A DNA stretch of 64,000 nucleotides from Tubiluchus corallicola (Eukaryota; Animalia; Priapulida). The stretch lies in contig JAQGDQ010000043.1 in assembly GCA_030141605.1 (NCBI GenBank), forward strand, positions 682,001 to 746,000, in the 5' to 3' direction. Both the position numbers and the translations under genes were made by a program. Positions 35,438 through 64,000 of this stretch are shown piece by piece (the first letter of the stretch is position 1; each line of letters begins with the position of its first letter). Under the pieces are notes generated by a model, which saw only the letters and a list, made by a program, of their open reading frames with translations, searched no databases and was not told the origin of the DNA.

Positions 35438-36510
35438 AGAAAACAATGCTAAGCAACTCTAACGTACCACAAATTGTTTGAGGAAAGTATGTCTATATAT
35501 AAATAAGTTTTCGGTTTTGTAATAAGTGGGGATGAAATCTGTGATAGAATAAGTGATACGACAGGGCTCTCGGTTGTGAAACCTCCATCGGGTGGAACAG
35601 TACCGCCGAAGAATACTAAGTACGATAGCCAAAAACTGGAAGATATTGTATGATTAGTTATGTGGCTGTACAGTATACGATAAAAATGCTGCATGGAGCT
35701 GGCCCAGAAGCTTGTGGTATGACCCATCTGAAGGGATGAGTCCTATTTAGCAAAGTTAAATTTTGGTTTGAAAGCTTATACATCTCGAATTTGGACCAGA
35801 ATTATGTTTAAAAATTTGTAAAATCAAAATTGAAATTTTTTTGAAGACCTAATTTTTTTCTGGAAGTTTGGCATGCAAACAAGCATTAGATATTACATGC
35901 AAACTATAGACATTTTTTGAAATTTTATACACTCTTTAGTTTTAAAAAATACCTTAAATTACCAGTAAAACCATATTTCTATTTTGTGTCTGTGATGTCA
36001 CAGGCTTTAAAATGGCAGACCAATGAAAGAATATTCAAGATTTGCAAGGCTGGTGCTCTCTTTATTAAAACAACTACAAGCCTGGCAGTAGCAGTATATC
36101 ACCATCCAGCTTTTCACTCTTTTGCATTTAATAACTAAAAGTAGTTCACTGCACGTGAATGCATGAAATCAGCGTGGCCATAAGTTCGAGTGGCTTGCAC
36201 TTGCTTTCTAGCCTCGGTCATTTTGCTGGAAATGCGTGCTTCATAGTATTCTGCACTTGAAATTTTATGCATTAATACTGTGCTTACGTACAGTTAGCTG
36301 TGCACAGCAAGTCTGCCAATAATTTAGAAATAATTAGTCTAGTTACACTGCAAATTCTGCAATTCTTTGTAGCTACAGTGAATGATTAGTGATTTTGCCT
36401 ATCTCCACGTTTAAGTTAAAACATAAAAAAAGAATACGTACACTAGGTCTGTTTGCCTCTACAAAAAATTATATATATTAGGTCTAGTTGGAGAAACGCG
36501 ATTGACGCCC

Positions 36511-37878
36511 TGTCGTGAATAAATTTATGAATCGATAATTTGGTGATAAATTAATGAAATTATCAGCTGAATTAGATTCAGTTGATAAATCCGATACCTC
36601 CCAGATTTGATAAGATAAATTTATTGATTGATAAGAGGAACTCATCCAGCTGATGAGCACGGATTTAATGCGATGCAAATTATTCCACAGGTGTGTTTTT
36701 TATCGTTTGCTGAAGGTAAACAGGTGTCTGTTAAGTGAGGACATAATTGTTCTTTATAGCCTTATGCAGAGTTGCACTTAGTTAACAAAAAAGTCGGCAA
36801 TAGGCAAATGTCTTTGGAAGAGGATTTTATGGCCACCGCCAAAGCCTGTACCGGCGCTCGAAGAGATCGAGGACACGAAGTTCTGAAGAATCGCCGACAA
36901 TTGGGATCTTTCCCCACGGAGCGAAGGAATTCGAAGGTCACCTTGCTGATCGTAAATTGCGTGGCAGGGGATACCAGGGTAATCCAGGGATGTCACCTGT
37001 CGCCTGATTGCATTTGGCACGAATTTCGCAAGGCCAAGCTCTTCAGGATATAAGCTCTGAGTTTGAGAACACGGGGCGTCATTGGAGTTCTTTGAGTTAC
37101 TCAGGAGCGAGTCAGGAGAAAGAGGGGGAGAGACGACACTAAGTCACAGAGAATCTGACAGGGAATTGAGACCACATCGTTTGACACCAGCGTGGAAAGT
37201 TCTGCGTTCTCAGCAACAGACTGAGCACTGGATCAACGAGAGTCTCATAATACCATTGGAGTTGACCAAGTGTACTGGGTGCATTGTGGTCATTCCACCG
37301 AGTTAAGTAATCTTACAAACTCTGCATAACTGTAGTTCACATTGTATTAAGCACCTTAAGTGCAGCATATTGGATAATTGTTAAGTGAATTGCTTGAGTA
37401 TCTTTCTGGAGCTATACATTAGTTGTAAACGCCTACAAGCGTGTAAGGACAAATCTTGTGCAGCTTCCTAGATAGAAGTAAATTCTGTAAATGAATAAAG
37501 TTGATTCACTTTAACACGTAACTAGTGAGTTCATGTATGCTTTAGAGTGTTCAAAGTTAAGCAACACTAAATCCGAGATACGATCCTGTAGATTCGCAGT
37601 GAATTAATTAAATAAAGCTCAATTGCGGGAGCAACGCTAGATAGCTTGAGGGAAGAAGACCTTACTCACAACGCGAGGTCGAAGTGTCAGTCTTGAGGGA
37701 CAAAATTATTGCCCGATAGACTCATCTAAAGCCCTCGGAGCCGGGTGATAAATCACCTTGTAGCGATCAATTAAATAAAAAGCGAATCGATTAAATTAAT
37801 ATACAATCTATACAGATATAAATCACTATTATACTATACGATCAGAAAGGAAAAGTGATAGCCCCATCTTCGCGAACA
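36511..37878. mobile_element. Possible solo LTR
   Basis: Compositionally distinct non-coding block bounded by TGTCGTGAA ... TTCGCGAACA (TG..CA, imperfect inverted ends), with an internal TATA-like motif (~36753) and AATAAA (~37494). No clean TSD. Confidence 0.4.
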
Positions 37879-38428
37879 CCTATAGTAAAGCTCTCAACGT
37901 TTCAATAAAACATTACAATTAAACAAAAGTGTTAGATTTAAAAATAAGGTTAAATTATAAAACAAAAGTTGAAAAACGAGGAAACAAAAGACTTACGCAA
38001 GTCGTACTGACCCTGTCTTCTGAATTCTCGGCGCCATGAAAAGTGCTTTCATTTTACAGTAGGTCACTATATTTAATCTTATAATACCCGATTCTATCAC
38101 GAAACACTTGGTAGTGAAAAAGTGCAGAATACACAAGAAAAGTAATATCGATTTATCGACGCCTGGATCAAATTTATGTTCAATCCCACGCTCTAACGTT
38201 CAAGTGACCAACGAGACAAAATTAATATTTATTAAATTTTATTTCAATGCATTTCCAAATTATTGCATGACAGACATGATAATAATCAAACATTCGTAGG
38301 ATATATAAAAGTTTATAAGTTTGGCAGCAACCGCAGTCAACCATAGACCACGGTTCACAATTTTCCTTGCACTACTGGCTACTGTTTTGCAGCCACAGGA
38401 TAGGAAAACTAATATTGCATAAACAGTA

Positions 38429-38439
38429 GCGCCTGCGCA
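38429..38439. promoter_or_regulatory. NRF1-like site in a CpG-containing putative promoter
   Basis: GCGCCTGCGCA matches the NRF1 consensus; it lies ~390 bp upstream of a candidate minus-strand first exon (38037-37997). Confidence 0.35.
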
Positions 38440-39821
38440 AGCCGCGGCGCTTTTGATGTTATACTCACGTTGTAGTTCATTATAAATTAGATTATTTGCA
38501 CGGTTTCGACTAATATTAACATTGCGTATAGTGTTTGTAAAAAAATTATAGATTATTTCCTGGTTCTACTAAACAAAAACCATTTTACATTACTATGTTT
38601 TGCAAGTTATAAATACAACATATATACAGCGAAAAATTAAGGCTGACAATTGTCAATTTAATTCATTTCGCACTTTCAGTCTCTTTCGTGTGTGTTTGTG
38701 ACTTTGCTTTCATCTCTCTGTTGCCCATGTCTTTCATCATCGTCATTATAGCCATGATCGACAAGCTCAGCATCATCACCATAATGATTATTATTATTAT
38801 TGTTATTATTACTCCAAATTACTTGGCAAATTCTATTAAGATTTTGTCTAAGGCATGCAATTTGACCTAAATTGATAACTTGAAACAAAAAGAACAAATT
38901 TATATAGCTACACTGTGATTATGCATTAACTGAAAAATCTTACATGCAGACATATTACGGTTTATGTTTGTAAGAAAACACCCAGGATAAAGTGATCTGA
39001 ACTTCATATCATTCACACATTCGGCAGTACAACAAAAATAAAAATAAAATATCTTCGATATGGTATAAACGACAAAAACGTTTGTAGTTACATTTTTTCT
39101 CCACAGTTGTATAAACGCACGCTATAAGGGATTCTTTCTTTTTTTAAACAGCCTAAAGGCATTCCTCACGTTTCAAGACCACATGAAATTCACTATTTCA
39201 GCTATGTTTATAGTGATACATAATAATCCAGTAGGCTTCTCACATAATCATATATTAGTCGCTCATGCTTCTTCATTTGTTCGTTCATTCGCATATTCAT
39301 CCTTTTGATTAATCTATTCACTCATTCATTTCTTCTTTCGTTCGTTTGTATGTTCACTTCTTCCTTCTTTGCTTCCTTCACTGGTTCAGTTGTTTATTTG
39401 TTCGTTCATTTATTCATTCGTCCTTTTGGTCATTTCCTTGTCGGTATTTTTTTTAAATGATAATGACTGTTCGTGCTTTCTGGATAGCCGACGTGAGTTT
39501 CACAGTGTATATAAGACGTAGCTACTTACAATCTGACTATTAAAATCACACTCTTAAAAGAAAGGCTCGGCTCAGGTCAATGCCATTGTGTTCATATCTG
39601 TAAGACTTCTCACAATCATACAATATGTTTGTTGGTTAGACATTCTCATAGACAGTGACACTTATTTTCTAATACGTCGTGTAATACCAGACACGTGGCG
39701 GTCAGACAAAGGGATAATTTATTTCTTCTGTGTCGGCACAAAGCAGGTGTCAATGCTTGCATGAAAAAAACAATTTCTATGAGAAGGTCCGTGTCAACCA
39801 ACTCGTCTGTCTGTCAATCAA

Positions 39822-39902
39822 TCTGGCTTGGCATTCTTGACGTTCTTGGTAGCGTGGCATTCTTGGCAGCGTGACGTTCTTGGTGGCTTGGCCTCCTTGG
39901 TT
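39822..39902. repeat. Short minisatellite (TGGCATTCTTGG/TGACGTTCTTGG units)
   Basis: About 5 imperfect copies visible. Confidence 0.7.
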
Positions 39903-41322
39903 TAGAGCCTCGATAAGGCACAGCGATGCAGTGATGAGAGTGTGTGTGATGTAAGCCTCAATAAGAGTTGCAAGTCAGTCCTTTGTGTGTGTTCCACATG
40001 TCATGTTAGTACATTATAAGTTTTCCAATATTTCGTGATGTTCTTACACGGAACTCCTACCAAGTGATGGCAGTAAAATACACCCAGCTTGCTAAATGAC
40101 TTGTCCTTTCCTTTAAGCCGTATTTCAACCTCGGTAACCTATTAAAACGCATTTGTTAAGCCTAACGGAGGCGAGCGGCATTTCATCTTCAACTTTTTGT
40201 AGCTGGATGGTAACTACAGGTCCAGAGCCTGTCTCTACAGTGGGCTACTTTTATGGCATTCTGTAATATAGTAAAAAATAAATGTTTTCCGGCCGTTTAG
40301 GTGGCAGCACCTCATAATATAATCAGCATTTCATGACATTATAAAAACATGTAGTTTATAATTGAGTATGCTATGTTATTAGCTTTAAACGTTTTAAATT
40401 AGCTAAAGAAATTGTTTTTAGCTTTAAATCTGAATACTTCCAGCATTTGTTTTTATCTAACGATGCCATATATCAGTTTTCTATCATTATTAATGTGTGT
40501 CTCAAAAGTCAGTGTCTAATGTCATATCTTGCACTTTGTTGGAATTTACATAGAGTATTTCATTTGACCCAATTTTCAATTTATCTGGCTCTGGAACGTT
40601 ACCCTTCCAAGCTCCAATTAAAAATTTATTTGGCAAATTATTAATTTTTAGCCTCCATTTTTAATAAATAATATATAGATATGTATATAGATGTATGTAG
40701 AAATAGATGTGTGTAGTGAAGTGTCCGCGTCTTGTGGTGCATTTGTAAACATGTCAGCAGTGCTACTTAACGTGATTTTTCCATCCCTGGTCAAATTGCT
40801 CAATGGGCCAAATGATCGAGAGAGACGTTCAGGTCCTAGACCGTTGTGTGCTTGTACTGACAGGTCTTTTGTCCTAGGTTTGGTGGTCTAGATTTCGGGC
40901 TGCATCCAAGCAGTCTTCAGTTGGAGTTTAGCGCCAACGCCTGGACATAAACTCTGCATGGTATTGAATGTAAGCGTATGACTGTAATTCGCTAAAATAA
41001 TCATTAGTACTAATGTGGTCTGTTAAAGGAGCGACGTACATAAATGTTGTCTTTTGTATTATGACATTTGCAACAGAGAAAGCACGTGCACGGTATTTAC
41101 GCCGCTTACTGGTGAGCCTGCTAGCCTTTTCGGAAACGCCGTACGTAGCGCTACGGGCATGCGCCGTTTGCGTTCATCGTGGTATAGCTCTGATGATAGC
41201 GGCAAGTTTGTTGTGCTTCTGTGCCCACGCTGTCATCTTGATTACAGTTGCATTCGGTAGCTCCAAGGCTCTTGTGTTTCAGCACCGCTAATTGTTTGAT
41301 AGAGTATGTATAGTGTTGTAAG

Positions 41323-57940
<16,618 letters not shown>

Positions 57941-59514
57941 TTAATATCTAATTAGCCTATCTTCTAGTGGGTGATATGTAATCATGTTGTAAATATATGA
58001 ATTTGCAATCAGCAATGTACGAAAATGTTAGCACCATATTATGTTGCTGTTTCTAGCTTTGCAGTGTATTTTTTCATTACTGGGCAAGACAACTATGACC
58101 ATTGACTCCTACAAGCATGGTTATATTATTTAATTAAAATTATTGTAATTGGTGTACATTCTTTTTTTGATTTTTCTTAGACAATTATTGAATGCAAATA
58201 TATTGTTTTGGTGTTATCTTTATTTTAAATTTTATATTTCTAAGAGTGAATAAAAATAATGACGAGGGACTATCATTTCAGTAGCTAAAGGAAATTTAAA
58301 GGAAATGCACAGTAATACATTTAATGCATTTCGTTAGTACAAAGTGTCAGGAAATAATTGATCTTCCTGTATGGAAGAAGCCCTAGTGATTAAATAACAG
58401 CTGACAAATCACAAGAAATAGCATTTAACTTTTGAATCATAGTACACTTATTTTAATACCTGGTTTGTCAATTATTCAAAATGTGCTGAGTATTACATAA
58501 TCAGAAAAATAAGGAATTAGTATAATTATTATATTAAAGAACAACAATTTATATAATTGCTTAATTGCAATACCTTTTAAGCCTGCTGAGCAAAGTGGAA
58601 CAATGTTATCCATTCTAATGACATGCTGAACTGAATTGAGCAACGTTTGAATTAATCATTAATGTTTTCGTTCCTGGTTTTTGGCTTTCTCTCATAATTT
58701 TGGTGAAAAGTGTGCCACTGGTGTTTGAAATGAAATAATGGTTTATACGCTTCACAATAATTTATTCGAAACTTCGTAAATTTATTATGATCATCATTAT
58801 CTCTCAAATGTTGATGCTGCTGTTTAGTTTTTAGTTTTTCCTTGCCGTAGATGGCAGCACGACCTTGTTACCATTTACGCAATAGATATATAGGCGTTTT
58901 AGTTAACAGACAGACCCAAAATACCCTAACATAATTAACAAGTTTCAAAAGTTTTCTATTTGCTAATAGGAACACCGAAACAACAAATTACTTACTAGTC
59001 TTAACCCGTATAACTTTATTTTGTTAAAAATCTTGTGTTTCAATTATTAACTGTTCCTTTCGCTTTTTGGTCTACAGTCTAACTGACACTGTTTGATCAT
59101 TTTTAGCGCTAGTGCAAAATATGCAGTTTCACCTTGAAAGATTTCTCATTATAATTTGAAGAAAATGATTTGTGAACGTGTGTTGTATCATTTATAATGC
59201 ATGTCAAGCATTAATTGTTCACGCGTTGAGCTGAAATTGTATCTTGCCCTCCGGTTATTTCTGCTTTAATTGGCTTCATTTAGGAGGCGCTGTATCGACT
59301 TGCGTTTATAAGAACCAAGTTTAATGATGATATTTCAGCATAGTGATAAAGCAAGTAGGAGCTTGCAGAAAACGACTTGCAAAGGTGATCACTTGAAATG
59401 CGAAAGCTAAAGTCACAATCATGTGGCTGATAGATAGTCTAATATTACTTGTGTATTAAAACAAGGGATTGTTTCTTAATTTTGAAGCTAAATTTGATTG
59501 AAATGAAACCTATG

Positions 59515-59835
59515 CGAAAAAAACAGGAATTGAACCAGAGACCTTTGGATTACAAGCCCGATGCCATAATTACTAGATCAGCCAGCATAGCACCTTATGA
59601 TAATAACATGTCTTAATCCAACTCTAAATCCTAAAATAATCCTTGGGTAAATAATTAGTTATTTATAATAATAATAAGAAGAAGAAAAAGAAGTTAAACA
59701 CTATCGATTACTGATAGAATAAACACACAATTATTTCTTGAAACTAAAGCTGCACTGAAATTTGAGAAAATCAGAACTGAGGTCATGACGATTGAAGCCA
59801 AATCAAAAGGTTCCTGGTTCGAATCTAAATTCAGT
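59515..59835. repeat. Degenerate tRNA-like (SINE head) fragments in opposite orientations
   Basis: GGAATTGAACC...TTACAAG... at ~59526-59585 (minus-strand B box) and GGTTCCTGGTTCGAATCT at ~59809-59826 (plus-strand B box). Confidence 0.4.
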
Positions 59836-62733
59836 AGTGACTTTTTACATTTATTTTCTCTCAGTAAATTTTGGTTTAAAAAACGGAAGATGTTGAAAAA
59901 GCTGTATAATTTACTTCGTCTTAGAAATGAAATTTACAAGCTCTTACATCTTTCTCATCGCTGCGTAGGTTGAACCAACAATTAAAACTATTATACGTGT
60001 GATTTTTTTTCTCGCACTTATACGTTTAAGTTTATTGGCATAAAAAACATTCAGCAGTACATTCAATACCGAATTTACGTTAGTAAATATAAATAAAAAT
60101 AAAACTGAAAATGAATGCGTTAGGCTGTTAATAAGTAAAGAAAAAATTTCTATAAAAATACAGATCTGATCAATAGAATACTTTACATCATTTTCATAGT
60201 ACAAATTATGGCTGACCACGAAGTCACCGGACTTATAAGGCTAAATTCATTAAAATAATTACAAAAAATAAAGCTGAACTGAAATTTGAGAAAAGTCAGG
60301 AGTGGGGTCACGATGCTTGAAGTCAAATGATGTGTTCACATCATTCGAATATTATACTAGCGTCCTAAGAACAGATTGCAGAAGAGCAGTATATTGATAC
60401 CCGTTTCTAGATCCAGCTGACAGTAATTTCCATAAATCACGGAAGCTGATAAAAATTTCATGAATAAGATCATGCAAGTGTGTCGACGATACGTGGTGTA
60501 AACAGCATGAGAGTGGATGCATAAACAGTGGGAAAAAATCACGCTGTCTGAATTTTTTATTCTCTTCTATTGTCCTGCGGCGCTTGTGAATTTACGAAAA
60601 ACCGAGGTGCACGCTCATTGAATTGAGGCCTCACTGCAGGTGCAGTCTATAATTGAAACGTTGTTTCTGTATTACAACAACTAATCATCTACATGTTTAA
60701 TAATAGTTGTCCATTAAGTATTACTAAATAATACTAAAGAAATTTCGTGTTGTCTTACTTTGTCCTGGCCTATTCTCGCCTGATCTTTCTTTGGAAAGCT
60801 TGAAATAAATTAGTGCTCCTGTCAATGTCCTAGATCAAGATTCTACATCAAGATTCTACATCAAGTTTGTCATTTAAGTTTTTGTTTCTTAATTAGTAAC
60901 TTCAGTATTTTTTTAATTCAGCTTCGTAATGTTTCTTATTAATTGTGTCTCTTAATGACGACATATTTTTATTTTATTTGAAGATTTTTAACACTTTCAA
61001 CTTTTTAAACAATAACTTTGGTAATTTTAGTTGTATTACTTTAAGCAGCTCCGTATCCGTGAAGGGCGAAAATTTCTGGAGAAATAAAAGCACATTTTGA
61101 TATTTTGTTCTTTTATTTCCTTAGGAAGTCTTGTCTTCCTCTTTCCTGCTTTGCCTTTTTCTGCCTTGCCACGCCATGAACGATTAGGTGCTCCAGGAGA
61201 TCTAATTTTTGCGATGCTGGCTTCTCCTCGAAGGATTTCCCGCGGTTTTTATACATGTCCAGAATCCGAAAGTTTACACACATGTAGCAATTGCCTGCTT
61301 TACAGTCCAGTCGAGGCACAGTACTCCCTTTTTCCCCTCCCCACGTACATAGACGCCCTCGGGCTGCACTGATAGGGTACGCGAGTTCGATAAACTCTTT
61401 CCTTTGCCACCCGTTGACTGGGCTTCGCCCTTCTAGAAGCCAAAGCTGCGTTGCTGACTTCTTGCTGCTACACTGAGCAGTTATATAAAACTTCTAGATA
61501 GCGCAGAGATGGAAGCTTATACGAGTTTTACAACTGGGTGGCATTGATGTGATTCTCGCAAATTGGTGTTGCATCGATTCCTGCTGACTCTATTACAAAC
61601 AGTAAGTAATATTTCTTCATTTCATTTTGTTCTGGGGTAGGAACCTAATATCAGCTTCCTTGCTGATAGCCACGCGTTATTGCATTCACAATAGCTACTG
61701 TTACTAAGACTATAATAATTATGATCACCCGCACGAAGTGAACTGCAAAGCATAGAGCGTCTCTAATGCAGTACTTGTGGTTAATATGTAGACAGTTATT
61801 AAGGTACTAGTCGCTCTGGGAAAAATGATTAGTCTCGCATTGCGTTTAATACTGATTGTACTTGTGATGTCAAATAACTTTAATTTTTTAGTAGTCACTA
61901 GTAGTTTCTTACTATTTATTCTATTATTATAATGGCAAGAACAACATACTGAGAATTTTGTGTTGTTAAATTACTGTAAAGCCACTCCATTGTCTTTGCG
62001 TGACACGTTTCAGGGTGCTCCAGTTAACACTGTAAAACACTTTTAAAAAACTTGTTGACGTACATCATGCCATTAATATGAAAACCAACTGCCAACTTAT
62101 TCAGTTCAAGGTGGTAAATGCAGGTTTAGCACAGAAGAAATCATGCATTAAACACAGAGATGGAATCTGCAAGCTCGCCTTATTTGCAGTTTCCCTGTTT
62201 TTGGACATGTTGGCGCAGAAGAAGTGTCTCTAAATTATATTATTTGCCATAAGGGAAAGAGTTTAATCCTTGTTAAATTGGTAGACCTTTCGCTGGCATT
62301 CTAGACTTCTTTTTACGTGAAAAGCTTGAGAATTAGCTTCCTATTTTTTAAAACAAATAATGCCTGGCAGATTGTACAAGACAAGGGCAAAACGAAGTGT
62401 TACCTCTACAAAAGGTACCGTGCAAGGCGATTGGTTCTATTGAAATAACGAGAAACTCGATCCACAAGTAGTACGACTAATTAATATAGTTAGATAATCG
62501 TAAGAGCACGTGCTTCCCTATTCAGATGTTGTAAATTGTATACTGACACCTTCTGCGAAGCCTAATGGAGTCAGCATTCATCTCACATCACATGTATAAC
62601 ACAGGTAACTTATACAGCCTATAAGTCTTAGAAAGAGTTTCTGATAATGTTGTTCGACAGAGTGTCAACACGCTATGTCAACTATTCCAACTAGTAACTT
62701 GTGAGCGTTTGAAGTGGTTAATAGAGCGCAATA

Positions 62734-63158
62734 GGGCGTTGTGAAAAAGTTTTTCCACCAATATTTTTGGAACCCCACCCACTATGAAGATTTGTGAAAA
62801 CATGCTCAAAAGGAAATGTTAGCTTCTTCACATACGAGGGCGTATTATGGAGCCTCATTGTATATCACAAAAAATGAACAGTTTTGGGCAACTGCTTTAG
62901 AACTTTATTCATATGAAGGGTTCACAAGAAAATGTTATTGTGCAAAATTTTATCTACATGATGATGGTACATTTTGCAATACTTTATGTGTAAGAATAGG
63001 CAATTATACAGCACAACTGATTCTGAATCATTGTTTTGAGACAGGTGTTCCCAACATCCAATAAAGCTAAAAATTTGCAGGTGAGAATCTTTTCACAAGC
63101 CTTCATAGTGGGTGGAGTTCAAAAAAGACTGGTGAATAAACGTTTTTTCACTACGCCT
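62734..63158. mobile_element. MITE with ~75-bp terminal inverted repeats
   Basis: GGGCGTTGTGAAAAA...CCACCCACTATGAAG..TTGTGAAAA at the left versus TTTTCACAA..CTTCATAGTGGGTGG...TTTTTCACTACGCCT at the right; TA-flanked. Confidence 0.8.
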
Positions 63159-64000
63159 TAATAGTTAATCAGAATCATCATTGTCTATTTAAAATTAGTC
63201 ATCTTGAAATCGGCTTTTCGCGTTGGATACGTGCGATACCGTGTAGCTAGGTAATTGAATCATCTGAACCGCAATGGCTAATAAGTTACAGCCAATTTCA
63301 GAGTAAACAGTTCGATACAAACCGAGTCCCCGAGCAAACATTTCAGTAACCATTCAAGTGTCAGAAGCCAGAGGGGAAGCTTACAGTATCGTGTACACAT
63401 TTCAGTGGCTATACATGTTTGCCTCATTAGATGCTTTTAGTTGCAAATAATTTGTCTTAGGCTGTTGTCACATTTATTACCAAAATCAGCCTAAAATGAC
63501 AACGAAATTCGCCAGCAAAAAATACTGCAATCCCGTAATGGACGTACGATTTCTGTCGAGCATGAAGGCCGTTTACTGTTTGATTTTCTCAAATTTAGTC
63601 AAAGTTAGGCGATCATGGCACGGTGTTGATCTTGCCTGAAAAAAGCAGCTTTAATTAGACGACAATAATTCGTAATGAGTACGGTCATCATAAACATCAA
63701 GTGGTGGCTTGCAAGTGGTGGAATTGCTGAAAGATGCTGTATTACAAGGGCAGGTGGGCGACCCTCATTGTAATTGACAGTAGAAACTGAACTGGCAATG
63801 GCATTGAATGTAAAATAAGGTCAAACTGGGTTTCAGTACAAACTACGGGTAATCACATCAAGCAACATTAAACACAAGCTTTTAATTTCAGTAAAACGTA
63901 CAGAAAGCATAGTGATTCCATAATACTATAGTGGTGCAGCAAACGTTTGGAAAGCTTTCCACTCTTCATAGTAGATACTACGCAGCTATCATGGCAGCAA

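Noticed and set aside
36645-36680. CTGATGA-GCA...TGC resembling a hammerhead ribozyme core
   Set aside because: Stem II is followed by GATG rather than GAAA, and no stems I/III or cleavage triplet could be built.

Overview
This is AT-rich, intron-containing animal genomic DNA. An invertebrate deuterostome such as a tunicate is plausible, but that is inference only. Four spliced host genes can be assembled by hand from splice sites: (1) an RRM + F-box + LRR gene on the minus strand that runs off the left edge, (2) DRG1 GTPase (+, 10 exons), (3) SLX1 GIY-YIG nuclease (-, 6 coding exons, one probable GC-AG intron), and (4) a FOG/ZFPM (Friend-of-GATA/U-shaped) zinc-finger gene (+, 8 exons) with an MSRRKQ NuRD motif, a PLDLS CtBP motif and an 11-kb first intron rich in GATA sites. 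The rest is mostly transposon debris: L2/CR1-like and RTE-like LINE fragments, four Tigger/pogo-type non-autonomous elements, hAT and other MITEs, tRNA-like repeats and a possible solo LTR. The most notable item is a GC-rich, largely open LOA/I-group-like non-LTR retrotransposon (-, ~31205-34554). Its 5' end falls at the first nucleotide of a fully foldable HDV-like self-cleaving ribozyme. All calls are by eye, with no database search.
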